A stretch of DNA of 64,000 bases, from positions 22,152 through 86,151 of the forward strand of contig CAIOMD010000006.1 of the NCBI GenBank assembly GCA_903859365.1, in the 5' to 3' direction. Of the stretch, positions 38,951-48,891 are shown in pieces. The position numbers were made by a program, and so were the translations under genes. Source of the DNA: an uncultured Candidatus Saccharibacteria bacterium. GTDB lineage: Bacteria > Patescibacteriota > Saccharimonadia > Saccharimonadales > CAIOMD01. Position 1 is the stretch's first letter. Every line of letters starts with the position of its first letter. The notes below the pieces were generated by a model. It was not told where the DNA came from. It did no database searches and saw only the letters and a program-made list of their open reading frames with translations.

Positions 38951-39937
38951 TTATTTAGATCTGATTTTTTTCTCTACAAGCATGCCATACCGTGTTCGAC
39001 GTTGCTCTTCGAGCACATCTTCAATTAGCGAACGATTAATACGAATAAGGTTTGCAATTACACCAAGTGCATAACAAAGAAATGAGATATTAAGAAGTAC
39101 AGTTCCAATAATAAGTGACTGTAAATGATGGGCGCCGTACGGATCGCGATTTGTAATGAAGATGTATACATAGTGAATGAATGGAATGGCTCCAACCACT
39201 AAGAAAAAGGTGCCAACACTGAGAAAAACAACGTAGGGTTTATACATCGTATACCCATTCAACAGTGCAACAGCAGATTTTCTTACGTGCTCCCATGAAT
39301 TTTTAAATAAGCGAGATTCACGAGTCTTAGGATTTGTCTTAATTTTTATAACTTCAATTCCCATACGCTTATTGCCAGCCTGAATTGTGGTTTCCATAGC
39401 AAAATTAAAACGACCCACTAAATTAAACTTAATTGCAGCTTCTTTCGAGTACGCCCTGAATCCACTAGTACTATCTGGTACCGACGTGCCGGCAGCAGTA
39501 TTAAGCACACGAGTACCAAATTTCTGGAGAAACTTTTTCATTGGAGAAAAATGTTCTATGGTGTGCACCTGGCGATCAGCTATGACGATATCCGCACGAC
39601 CTTCAACAACGGGAGCAATAAGCTCAGGTATTTTTTCCTGCGGATATTGGTTATCTCCATCTGTCAAAACGAGAACATCAGCTCCAAGTTCTAGCGCACC
39701 GGTAATACCATCTCGCAATGACAGTGCCAAACCACGGTTTTTGGCATGGTTAATGAAATGTTTTACGCCTAGTTTTTTTGCCACCGCAACTGTTTTATCA
39801 GTTGATCCGTCATTTATAATCAAAACTTCAATAGAATCAATGCCCTTAATTTTCTTTGGAATAGTGGATAATGTGAGCGGTAGTGTCGTTTCTTCATTCA
39901 GACACGGAATCATAATAACTAATTTCATAAATTGCAC
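38951..39937 (-). CDS. GT2 polyprenol-phosphate glycosyltransferase (Ppm1/DPM1/GtrB-like)
   Basis: 'IPCLNEE', 'INDGSTDKT' and 'LTDGDNQYP' (DxD) motifs, plus C-terminal TM helices. Confidence 0.75.
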   Translation of the reverse strand: MQFMKLVIMIPCLNEETTLPLTLSTIPKKIKGIDSIEVLIINDGSTDKTVAVAKKLGVKHFINHAKNRGLALSLRDGITGALELGADVLVLTDGDNQYPQEKIPELIAPVVEGRADIVIADRQVHTIEHFSPMKKFLQKFGTRVLNTAAGTSVPDSTSGFRAYSKEAAIKFNLVGRFNFAMETTIQAGNKRMGIEVIKIKTNPKTRESRLFKNSWEHVRKSAVALLNGYTMYKPYVVFLSVGTFFLVVGAIPFIHYVYIFITNRDPYGAHHLQSLIIGTVLLNISFLCYALGVIANLIRINRSLIEDVLEEQRRTRYGMLVEKKIRSK

Positions 39938-40052
39938 CTTTTCTAATCTGTTATTATAGCAAATTAATGCCCGAAAAGACAGCTTTGGAACTAAGTTTAG
40001 ACCATTAGTATAAACTTTTAAGCTGTGAATATGCTGATATTTTTATATAATA

Positions 40053-41315
40053 GTGCATATGGAAACGGATATCATAAAAATAAAAAAAATACCGAAAGAG
40101 TCAAAGCCTGAACCGCTAACGTCGATTCATGTTGATAAAAAAATAATTCGACACAAGAAACTCAAGGCACTACTCATCACCCTAATTATCGTAGCTGGAA
40201 CTGGTGGTGGCAGTATCTATTTGCTTGAAGCACAGCCAGCATTAGTAGCTAAATTTGCAGATAATGTTCTTCGCCCAACCCTTGGAAATAGAAATACCAT
40301 TATTTTAGAAAATATTGTTTTTTCTTTATCCGACCGTTTAAAACAAATTGCCTATGGTACTGTCGGAAAACCTAAAGCTAATATTTTTAATGCTGAACCA
40401 GCATCAAAACCCCAATCAGCTCCTAAGCCAACTGTTCAGTCTCTTAATCTCACCACAATTAACGATTCACAACCAGGGTATCCGCTACTTGATGGTGAAG
40501 GTCAGTGGACAATTGTTAATTTACCCCAGTTTAAGAACCAGCAGATCATGGCCCGCACTTTTGTCAGGCCAGACCCTGATCGCTCCTATGCAATTGTTGC
40601 ACTTATTCAAATGAATATGCATTATCTTACCCTTACTTCAGTAGCAGGGACGTACTATCCTGGAGGAGATTTAGGTCATCCAGGGCCAGGAGTTATCCCA
40701 GTTGCTGACCAGGCCTCGAATAATCTTGTGGCAGCTTTTAACGGCGGTTTTCAATACATGGACGGCCACTATGGAATGACCGTTGGCACCAATGTCTATG
40801 TTCCTTTAACTGAGGGACTCGGCAGCCTTATTATATACAAAGATGGATCAGCTTCAATCGAGCGATATGATAGTACAAAAAAAACGCTAATACCGATAGC
40901 CGCTGTTCGCCAAAATGGCCCACTCATTTTAGATAAAGGTCAGGTGACTGCCGATGCAAATAGTGGTGGGTACCAAGTCTGGGGACGTACCACTACTAAT
41001 TCTGTATATACCTGGCGTTCAGGTGTGGGTATGACAGCCTCGGGCAATCTTGTATATGCAGTTGGGCCATCACTCACTGCTGCAACACTGGCACAATCAC
41101 TGAAGTTAGCAGGAGCAACTGAAGGATTACAGCTAGATATCAACCAGTTCTGGGTTAGATTTGTTACTTTTACACCAACTAGTCCAGGAAACTACGCTAC
41201 TGAAAGCATTTTAAATACACTACAAAATGGTGGGCCTCAGTATTTACACGGATACAACAAAGATTTTTTCTATCTTATGATGCGTCCATCAGTGACTCAT
41301 AGATCTAAATCATAG
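40053..41315 (+). CDS. membrane-anchored extracytoplasmic protein, phosphodiester-glycosidase (DUF2233)-like
   Basis: N-terminal TM anchor followed by a large exported domain. The DUF2233 call is a weak resemblance. Confidence 0.35.
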   Translation: MHMETDIIKIKKIPKESKPEPLTSIHVDKKIIRHKKLKALLITLIIVAGTGGGSIYLLEAQPALVAKFADNVLRPTLGNRNTIILENIVFSLSDRLKQIAYGTVGKPKANIFNAEPASKPQSAPKPTVQSLNLTTINDSQPGYPLLDGEGQWTIVNLPQFKNQQIMARTFVRPDPDRSYAIVALIQMNMHYLTLTSVAGTYYPGGDLGHPGPGVIPVADQASNNLVAAFNGGFQYMDGHYGMTVGTNVYVPLTEGLGSLIIYKDGSASIERYDSTKKTLIPIAAVRQNGPLILDKGQVTADANSGGYQVWGRTTTNSVYTWRSGVGMTASGNLVYAVGPSLTAATLAQSLKLAGATEGLQLDINQFWVRFVTFTPTSPGNYATESILNTLQNGGPQYLHGYNKDFFYLMMRPSVTHRSKS

Positions 41316-41369
41316 TCTTTACATCTAAACACTATAGAAGTAGCATGATAAGTATAAGAAGTATCTGCT

Positions 41370-42350
41370 ATGGAAAAAAGACGCAAGGAATTTACAGAAA
41401 TACCATTAGTAAGTCCTATTCCAAACGCTAAAATTATTAATCAATTTAATAAACGAAACAATTACCAACATCCTGAAGGGGCTTTATCGGTGTATCGTTA
41501 CGAACTTGACGATGAAATATCTTATGATGTGCTCTATGGCCAATCCGCTTCACTTAGGTGCGATACATTAATTGTTGCTACAAGCTCTTGGCTCACTGGG
41601 CTCGAAGGATTCAATGAAGATTTAACTCTTCAGCTCATGGATATCGGTTTCGATGTAGCCTTCATAAGTACCGCCATTGGCAAACAGACAACGCTTCTTA
41701 AAAATGCAGACGACATACACGTCATTCTCGATAATATAGATAAAAAGGGAAGGCATCAGGAGAAACAGGCGATTACAATTGGTGCTTCTCGGGGCGCAAT
41801 GGTTGGTTTTGGCATTGAGTCTGTTTCTAAGAAAAATGAAAGAAATATTATCTACTCGGACATAGTTGATCCATGCCAAGCAGTACCGCTCGCTTTAAGG
41901 AACCCAAAACAAATCTTTGAATATATTCGCTCTGTTCCAGACGCAACCAGTGATCTATGTAGAGTTATCGCAAAATTACCTCTAAAAAAGAAAGTCGATT
42001 ATCTTAAAACTATAGAACTTCACCCTGAATCAGCCCTGCAAATAATTCACAGCACTCCTTCAATCTTCAGCGGTGAAGCAGGAGAACTTGCTCAAAAAGT
42101 ATCCAAAGATGCACATATGCATATTAGATTTTTTGACAAAAATCCAGCAAATAATGCGGATACGTACAAGGAATACTTTGCAAATCACACAGGAGTTGTA
42201 ATAGAAACGGTGAACGGCGCTCATTTTTCACTTTTAAGTCAAAAAACTACAGAAAAAACCCTCGCTCGTCTTGCTACTCTAGGCACTCAATTGAGTAACG
42301 GGGTTACGGAAGATGAAATTAACTTTAAGGAATTATCGCAGATACTCTGA
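41370..42350 (+). CDS. hypothetical alpha/beta-hydrolase-like protein
   Basis: Nucleophile elbow 'GASRG'. 326 aa. Confidence 0.4.
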   Translation: MEKRRKEFTEIPLVSPIPNAKIINQFNKRNNYQHPEGALSVYRYELDDEISYDVLYGQSASLRCDTLIVATSSWLTGLEGFNEDLTLQLMDIGFDVAFISTAIGKQTTLLKNADDIHVILDNIDKKGRHQEKQAITIGASRGAMVGFGIESVSKKNERNIIYSDIVDPCQAVPLALRNPKQIFEYIRSVPDATSDLCRVIAKLPLKKKVDYLKTIELHPESALQIIHSTPSIFSGEAGELAQKVSKDAHMHIRFFDKNPANNADTYKEYFANHTGVVIETVNGAHFSLLSQKTTEKTLARLATLGTQLSNGVTEDEINFKELSQIL

Positions 42351-42393
42351 TTCCGCTTGTGACACCGTAGTAAGTTTTTGTTAAAATGTTCTG

Positions 42394-43149
42394 ATGCTTG
42401 AAACTGGATACATAAAAGAAACAAATACTAAAATTGCCTTTGATAAGCAAGCACAACCACTTCTTCGCAATTCCCCAGAAATAACACAAGCGGTTGCTAC
42501 TTTCATGGAGAATACTCGATACCCAGAGCATTCCGTGGAGAATTTTAAACATCTCGGAACTGGCAACCACTCAATTGTGTACGGGTTTGGAACCATAGCC
42601 TTAAAGTTATCTACGGCATTTACGGGAAAATTAACCTACAGGTATGGCACCCCAATACCCCCAGAAAATTTAATACTGCAATCACAGTTCCTTACTACAC
42701 TTAGCAATCATATTCATCGGAATAGCATTACTGAAATATCAGTACCTAAACAATTTTTTGCTGCCCGATCAGCCAGCGGTAACTTTCTCTCACTTCATGA
42801 AAATTTGGAAGAAAAAATGACAATGTCAGAATGGATAATAGAGAATGAGTTAACCATTCCCGAGGAGATTGAATTACTCAATGCAACTAAAAAGAGAATA
42901 ACTACACAGCTTGGTTCATTCGGTTTAAAAAAGGGTTTGAATGACTTAGGACTCGAAAAAGGCGCAGCATTATCGAGTAGAAATATTATGATTGCAAGAA
43001 ACACTCTTGATCCAACTTCAGCTGAACTAAGTATTATTGATCAACCGAGTAAAGGAGCGATCCATTCCATAGGTGGAATTTTAAATAATATGTTTTACTT
43101 AAGCACAAAGAATGATTTTGAATCTTTGAATGATTTTCTTGACGTGTAA
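42394..43149 (+). CDS. hypothetical protein-kinase-like fold protein
   Basis: Gly-rich loop 'LGTGNHSIVYG' followed by 'ALK'. 'NIMIARN' may be a catalytic-loop analogue. Confidence 0.35.
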   Translation: MLETGYIKETNTKIAFDKQAQPLLRNSPEITQAVATFMENTRYPEHSVENFKHLGTGNHSIVYGFGTIALKLSTAFTGKLTYRYGTPIPPENLILQSQFLTTLSNHIHRNSITEISVPKQFFAARSASGNFLSLHENLEEKMTMSEWIIENELTIPEEIELLNATKKRITTQLGSFGLKKGLNDLGLEKGAALSSRNIMIARNTLDPTSAELSIIDQPSKGAIHSIGGILNNMFYLSTKNDFESLNDFLDV

Positions 43150-43255
43150 GTTTTATTAAAATAGTTTTTTAGGGTAAAAAATAACCGTTTAATTTGATAG
43201 TGTGTAGTAATTATTCTTTTACAAAAATAATTATTACTGTATAACTATAAGCATA

Positions 43256-45061
43256 ATGAAGTTGCAGACAAGGTTTATATTATTACTCCTTTTTATTTTT
43301 TTATCTGTTAGTGGAATAGTTGTACTGCAACGCTATTTTGATGTACAGCGCTCTCAGAGTTTACTCAGCTCAGAGCTTAAATCAAGAAAAACACTACTCG
43401 CTCAAGATTTAGTTTCAGAAGGAAAAACATTCGAAGCCCTACAAACTGATTATTCATTTTGGGATAACATGGTGTCGCTCGCCCAAGATAACCCAAAAAG
43501 TATAAATACTACTAATTCCGATTTCGCCCATCAAAACATTGATACCGCTCTTCCAACATTTGGTGCAGACATTGCTTGGGTATACAACACGAAAGGTCAA
43601 CTTGTTTATTCAGCCAAACAAGATACAACCTTTGCCCTCAACACCATTCCAATATCAAAAGCCTACTTTATGAATCTGGATAGCCATAAATTCCTCCATT
43701 ACTATGTACAAACAGCGCAAGGAACCATAGAAATTAGATCTGCAACTATAGTTCCGAGTAATGACCCAAATCATAACGACAGTGCCAGTGGCTATTGGAT
43801 AGTAGGAAGACTACTTGGAAATACATTTCTATCATCTATTAATGATCTCTCTCAAAGCACCAATCAATTAATAGGCACATCAGCTAACCACGTAGACAGC
43901 CGAACTGCTGATTCTGTTACTTTTTCGAGCGCACTACAAAATTGGGATGGTAGCACTGTTCAATACCTGTCGAGCTCCACTAAAGTGTCATCAATTGATG
44001 AATTGAATAGTCTTTATAAAAAAGAATTACTCGTCGTAGGATTACTTGGACTTGGCCTTGTTATGATCATCACATTTACACTATGGCTCATAATCCTAAA
44101 GCCACTGCAGATGATAACAAATAGTGTAAAGAATCAAGATCCACGATCTATCGATAAAATGGCAACCACAAAGACGCAATTCGGTGATTTAGCGGCAACG
44201 ATTCAAGGATTCTTTGAGCAAAAGGAGCAGTTAGAAAAAATATCTAGTGATATGGACAACGTTAATAAAGAATTACAGGCAAAAGATTCCGTAAAGGATG
44301 ACTTTATCTCGATGCTCTCTCACCAATTAGGCACCCCTTTAAGTGCAATGGAGGGCTTTTTGACCCTTATTGTTCAAGGTTTCTATGGGGAGGCAAATGA
44401 GAAAATAATGGCTGCCGTCCAAAAAACACTTACTCGTACCAAAAATATGAAGGCACTCGTATTTGATCTTCTAAACGTCAGTCGAATGACTGCAGGACAA
44501 TTTGTCATCGAGCGATCGGAAGTTAATTTGAACAACATGGTCAAAGACCAAGTTGATGAGTTATCGGTTGCGGCTAATGAAAAAAATATTTCACTCACGT
44601 ATCATGAACCAGAAAAGCCTTTACCTATGATGCAGCTCGATGAAGCAAAAACCCGACAGGTAATACTAAATCTTGTTAATAACGCCATTTTCTATACTCC
44701 TAAAAACGGTGAAGTCCATGTCTATCTTTCCCAAACTGATACTGAAGTCGAGTTTAAGGTTTTGGACAACGGCATAGGTGTTCCTGATGAAGCAAAGGAT
44801 AAATTATTTACAAAGTTCTTTAGAGCAGACAACGCAAAAGAGCAAAGTCCTCATGGAACAGGCATCGGACTCTACCTTGTGAAACGGGTTATCGACGATC
44901 AAGACGGAAAAACATTCTTTTCATCCGAAGCTGGAAAAGGTTCTATATTTGGATTTCGGCTACCTCTCAGCAATGATAAAAATCCAGTACCATCTGCTTC
45001 TCAAGAAGAAAAGACTACTTCAGATACTAAGATTGAAATAAAAGATTTGACCACTGATTAA
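43256..45061 (+). CDS. sensor histidine kinase (orphan; periplasmic sensor domain)
   Basis: Two TM segments flank a roughly 230-aa periplasmic domain. H-box 'LSHQLGTPL', N-box 'LNLVNNAIFYTP', and G-box 'GTGIGLYLVK'. Confidence 0.85.
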   Translation: MKLQTRFILLLLFIFLSVSGIVVLQRYFDVQRSQSLLSSELKSRKTLLAQDLVSEGKTFEALQTDYSFWDNMVSLAQDNPKSINTTNSDFAHQNIDTALPTFGADIAWVYNTKGQLVYSAKQDTTFALNTIPISKAYFMNLDSHKFLHYYVQTAQGTIEIRSATIVPSNDPNHNDSASGYWIVGRLLGNTFLSSINDLSQSTNQLIGTSANHVDSRTADSVTFSSALQNWDGSTVQYLSSSTKVSSIDELNSLYKKELLVVGLLGLGLVMIITFTLWLIILKPLQMITNSVKNQDPRSIDKMATTKTQFGDLAATIQGFFEQKEQLEKISSDMDNVNKELQAKDSVKDDFISMLSHQLGTPLSAMEGFLTLIVQGFYGEANEKIMAAVQKTLTRTKNMKALVFDLLNVSRMTAGQFVIERSEVNLNNMVKDQVDELSVAANEKNISLTYHEPEKPLPMMQLDEAKTRQVILNLVNNAIFYTPKNGEVHVYLSQTDTEVEFKVLDNGIGVPDEAKDKLFTKFFRADNAKEQSPHGTGIGLYLVKRVIDDQDGKTFFSSEAGKGSIFGFRLPLSNDKNPVPSASQEEKTTSDTKIEIKDLTTD

Positions 45062-45072
45062 AAAAGAGTAAG

Positions 45073-45543
45073 CTATTTTTTTCGCCAAATTTGAAAAGAA
45101 AATAGAAGCTTATTTTGTTCTCTTTGGGGACTTTCATTCATTAAAGTAAATGAATCTTTAAACTTAGGAAAAAATTTAGTGCATGAGAAGTCTTTTTCAA
45201 TTTGCGTTACATAGAGTTCATCAGCGTACGCTAAGGTCTGTTCGTACAGTTGTGCACCACCAAGCACCCATACCGTTTCATCAGCGTGCTCACGTATAAA
45301 GGTCTCTAGGTCATGTACGAGGCTGAAACCCTGTCGAAGTGGCAGTGATTGGTGAGAAAGAACGTAATTTTTAGCGTCAATAAAAGGATGGGTGAGTTCC
45401 TCGTATACATGCCTACCCATGATGACTGTTGCGTTTTTAATCTGGTGCCTGAAATAGGTAGAGTCCTCAGGAAGGTGCCAGGGAATTCCTTGGTTATTTG
45501 CAATACCACGATGACTATCGATAGCAGCGATGAGTTTTATCAT
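45073..45543 (-). CDS. folA: dihydrofolate reductase
   Basis: 'IAAIDSHRGIANNQGIPWHLPEDSTYFR' matches the DHFR N-terminus. 156 aa. Confidence 0.85.
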   Translation of the reverse strand: MIKLIAAIDSHRGIANNQGIPWHLPEDSTYFRHQIKNATVIMGRHVYEELTHPFIDAKNYVLSHQSLPLRQGFSLVHDLETFIREHADETVWVLGGAQLYEQTLAYADELYVTQIEKDFSCTKFFPKFKDSFTLMNESPQREQNKLLFSFQIWRKK

Positions 45544-45578
45544 AGCTTTATAATAACAAATTACTGTTTTTTGTAGTG

Positions 45579-46595
45579 TTACTGTTCAGTAACAACGGCT
45601 GTGTCTGGTAAGCCTAATTTTTTAGCAAGTGTGCTACGTTGCCACTCTTGTACTTTTTGCAGGCCTGTACGATCAGTTACTTCCAGTACTTCACCAATTT
45701 CGACAATTGGATCGTCGCGATCCCAAAGTACAATGGGAACCACCAGCCCGTGCTTTATAATATCGGCAGTTCCATTAGATACTTTGCCCATTACAATACG
45801 CTCAGGCTCGTGATTATCGCCGTAGGTCACTTTATCTGTACTGCCAGTAAATGCAACATGGAGATATCGTCCGAGTGCGTGACGGCCCATTCTGCGCGCT
45901 AACTGATGCGGGCTTACTTCAAGCCATTCCTTTATTTCACTTCTCATTTTATGGTTATTCGCTTTAATGAGCTCATCAATATCTATAGTTGGTGCGGCAA
46001 GATGTTGCGCTTTTTTTTCTGCCTGAGTCTTTTTAAAACTATCAGTTAATTCCATGATCGTTTTTGTTCGAGGAAAACTTAAAAACACATTTCCAAGTTT
46101 CTGAGTTACTTCAGAAGCTGCAATGCCAAATGCCTGTACTGTCGTCACGCCACGACTAATGATCAGACCGTTATCTTTTTCCCACTTCTCGTGCTGTGTT
46201 GCTCCAACCCATGCAGCGTCATAGAGGGCAATATCTACCATCTGCTGGTGTGTTGTTAGACTAAAAAGATGTTTTCCTTCTTTTCTGCGTTGCTCAGCTA
46301 CACTCGTAAAGGCTTTCTGTTTTTCAAGTGCTTCTTTTATTGCAGGATAGAGTCTAGGTGAAGCAACGGACGCAAGTAAATCTATTTCCTCGAAAGTTGT
46401 AGGAGCGGGGGATAAGTGGGTGTATTCAATTCTTTGAGAAGGGTTAGCCGCAACATCGAAGGGAACTGCTGTGAAAAGTCCGTCACTGCTACTAATGTGC
46501 TTAAGCGTCGTTTCCGCCAGCGCATCATGTATGTCTTTACGATCTTGATAGTTCAATGATTCGTAATCAAACGAATGGAATGCTTCTCTAATCAT
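45579..46595 (-). CDS. hypothetical protein, possible LPLAT/PlsC-superfamily acyltransferase
   Basis: Candidate HX4D motif 'THQQMVD' and a motif III-like 'FPRTKT' about 60 aa downstream. Sits where thyA often follows folA. Confidence 0.35.
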   Translation of the reverse strand: MIREAFHSFDYESLNYQDRKDIHDALAETTLKHISSSDGLFTAVPFDVAANPSQRIEYTHLSPAPTTFEEIDLLASVASPRLYPAIKEALEKQKAFTSVAEQRRKEGKHLFSLTTHQQMVDIALYDAAWVGATQHEKWEKDNGLIISRGVTTVQAFGIAASEVTQKLGNVFLSFPRTKTIMELTDSFKKTQAEKKAQHLAAPTIDIDELIKANNHKMRSEIKEWLEVSPHQLARRMGRHALGRYLHVAFTGSTDKVTYGDNHEPERIVMGKVSNGTADIIKHGLVVPIVLWDRDDPIVEIGEVLEVTDRTGLQKVQEWQRSTLAKKLGLPDTAVVTEQ

Positions 46596-46628
46596 GTGTG
46601 ACAGTATAGCAAAAATGAATGCTTTAAA

Positions 46629-48800
46629 TTAATAAATTGTAAGCTTCGAGGAAGATGTTGCTGAACCACTAGGGCTTGTGACGACTATATATCCTGTAGT
46701 CGATCCAGCCGGTACCGTAAAGGTTATTGCAGTAGCGGTCTTAGTGAAAGAAGCAATGTTGACACCATTAAGCGTTACTTTGTTGACTCCAATGAATGTT
46801 GTTCCGTGGATTGTCACTGTTTTACCAACATGCTGTTTCGCTACTGATAAAGAGGAAATAACTGGAGCAGGGACCGATACAACAGCGTTAGAGGTTGCTG
46901 TACCACTTGGTGTTGTCACAACTAAATAACCCGTTACAGCCGTTGCTGGAATCGTCACTACTACTGCCTTTGCCGTTTTGCTAACAATCGTTAGCAAAAG
47001 ACCATTTAGGGTTACAGATGAGGTATTTAAAAGGTTTGTGCCTTTTATGGTGACGTTATGAGTCAGTACAGGACTTGGTACAGTTAATGAGGTTATCGAT
47101 GGAGCAGGATTAGGGTTAAGCGTGAAATTCGTAGTTGATGTCACGGAACCATTGGCTGTTACTATCTTAATAGGACCTGTTTGTGCAGAGGCGGGAACAG
47201 TAACAATAATCTTCGTTGCACTATTTTGTACAAATGTCGAAGTACTGTGACCGTTAAATGAAACAGAAGACGCATTACTCAAATTTGTTCCATTTATAGT
47301 GACTTGGCCACCGACTCCTGCGCTTGCAGTAAAGCTAGAGATAGTGGGACTTAAAACTGGTGGTGGAGTAGCTGAAGCTTTTCTAATAAGGTAAGCAGAA
47401 GCGTGAGAAGTACTTGATGCAGCATTCGAAGAAACATGCGCAACAATTTGCTTTGCAGATGTATTAGCAACTGGTGGCAATGTAAAAGCAGGAGCACCAA
47501 CGAAGATGTTTGCACTATCTAGCATACTTACTGACCAGCCAAAATTTGAATATTGCGAAGGAGATGAACCATAAATTTCATTACTTTGGGACCATGAAGA
47601 AGAAGCATTATTGAATAAATATGCTACTCCTGAGAAAGGTAAAACATTCGATGTAGTCGGGTCAACATAAGCATGGTTAGGGGCTCCAGCTAAGATCGTA
47701 TTACCATCTTGAGAAATTGAAATTGAAAACCCAAGCTCGTCATACGAAGCTCCATCCTCGCCCGTAAGCTCAGAAAGGAGGCTATAGCTTCCAGCATTTA
47801 AATTGTAGACAAAGATTGCTCCCTGAACAGTATTAGATCCAACTGATTCAGCTGGTGCACCGATAACTAATTCAGAATTGTCGCTCGATAGAGCCAAAGA
47901 AAGTCCGAAATTGTCAGTAGTAACACCTGGGCTATCGATCGAATAATTTTCATTTTGGATCGTTGTAGAATTATTCCAACCATCACTTGGTTTATCGAAT
48001 TCGTATACCTTCCCAGCATAAGGTGCTCCTATAAATATTTTAGATCCATCACTACTGACCACACCACTCCATCCGAAATTTTCATATTGAATTGGTGTTT
48101 GAGGTACTAGGATTTTTGTTTCATTAATTGGGCTTGGTATTGAGTTCCAGCCATCAACAGGTCTTACGAATAAATAAGCCTGACCAGCATATGCAAGTCC
48201 ATTAATTACCTTATGAAGCCCTGTTACTAATACCGTAGAACCGTCACTGCTCTGAGAAACTGCAAAACCATACTCGTCCATCGATCCTGTGTCACTGCCA
48301 AGAATTTCCGCTGTTTGTTGGGAAACTGATGGGCTCGCTGACCAGCCCCCTGTTGGTGCTTCAAAAACATACGCTTTTCCTTTTCCTATAGCTCCAACTA
48401 CTATCTGAGAGCCATCAGGAGTAATTGATGTAGAGGCGCCAAAAACATCATAGGAACCATTGTCGCTAGGAACGAGTGTAGTAACCAAATTCCAGCTTGA
48501 TCCGTTATTAACAAAAACGTAGGCAATACCATTATACGAAAGAGGGTTGGCAGAATAGTCTGGAGCACCTACAACTGCGGTCATCCCATCAGAGCTAAGC
48601 GAAACGGTATATCCAAATTCATCATATGCCTGAGGAGAGGGGTCCTGAAACTGTGTGGTCGTGAGTGTTGAGCTATCCGCATGAACAAATGTAGGTATAA
48701 ATAATGAAAAGCAAAGGGTAGACGCTAGTACTATACGTGTTAGGTTTACTGAAAAAGTATTTATTTTTTGTTTGTACCTTATTATATTGGTTCGTGACAT
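46629..48800 (-). CDS. secreted surface protein: seven FG-GAP repeats (β-propeller) plus three IPT/TIG domains
   Basis: Signal peptide. Seven repeats of the form 'FG[WYAL]S..SSDG...GAP...AYVF'. Three C-terminal Ig-like 'VTI.GTNL...V.LNG' modules. Confidence 0.75.
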   Translation of the reverse strand: MSRTNIIRYKQKINTFSVNLTRIVLASTLCFSLFIPTFVHADSSTLTTTQFQDPSPQAYDEFGYTVSLSSDGMTAVVGAPDYSANPLSYNGIAYVFVNNGSSWNLVTTLVPSDNGSYDVFGASTSITPDGSQIVVGAIGKGKAYVFEAPTGGWSASPSVSQQTAEILGSDTGSMDEYGFAVSQSSDGSTVLVTGLHKVINGLAYAGQAYLFVRPVDGWNSIPSPINETKILVPQTPIQYENFGWSGVVSSDGSKIFIGAPYAGKVYEFDKPSDGWNNSTTIQNENYSIDSPGVTTDNFGLSLALSSDNSELVIGAPAESVGSNTVQGAIFVYNLNAGSYSLLSELTGEDGASYDELGFSISISQDGNTILAGAPNHAYVDPTTSNVLPFSGVAYLFNNASSSWSQSNEIYGSSPSQYSNFGWSVSMLDSANIFVGAPAFTLPPVANTSAKQIVAHVSSNAASSTSHASAYLIRKASATPPPVLSPTISSFTASAGVGGQVTINGTNLSNASSVSFNGHSTSTFVQNSATKIIVTVPASAQTGPIKIVTANGSVTSTTNFTLNPNPAPSITSLTVPSPVLTHNVTIKGTNLLNTSSVTLNGLLLTIVSKTAKAVVVTIPATAVTGYLVVTTPSGTATSNAVVSVPAPVISSLSVAKQHVGKTVTIHGTTFIGVNKVTLNGVNIASFTKTATAITFTVPAGSTTGYIVVTSPSGSATSSSKLTIY

Positions 48801-48891
48801 AGTGCCTCGCTTTAATTAGATTAAAAAATAAACTCGTATCTACAAAAGTGATTGTACTCCAGGTTTAAACATAAGCACAAGAGGCAAATAT

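Noticed and set aside
39387-39959. 190-aa plus-strand ORF overlapping the GT2 (Ppm1-like) gene.
   Set aside because: Antisense to a gene with clear GT2 DxD motifs. Ser/Ala-rich, no motif.
43196-43235. AT-rich inverted repeat TAATTATT…AATAATTA upstream of the sensor kinase gene.
   Set aside because: Short AT-only palindromes are expected by chance in AT-rich intergenic DNA. Not reported as a feature.
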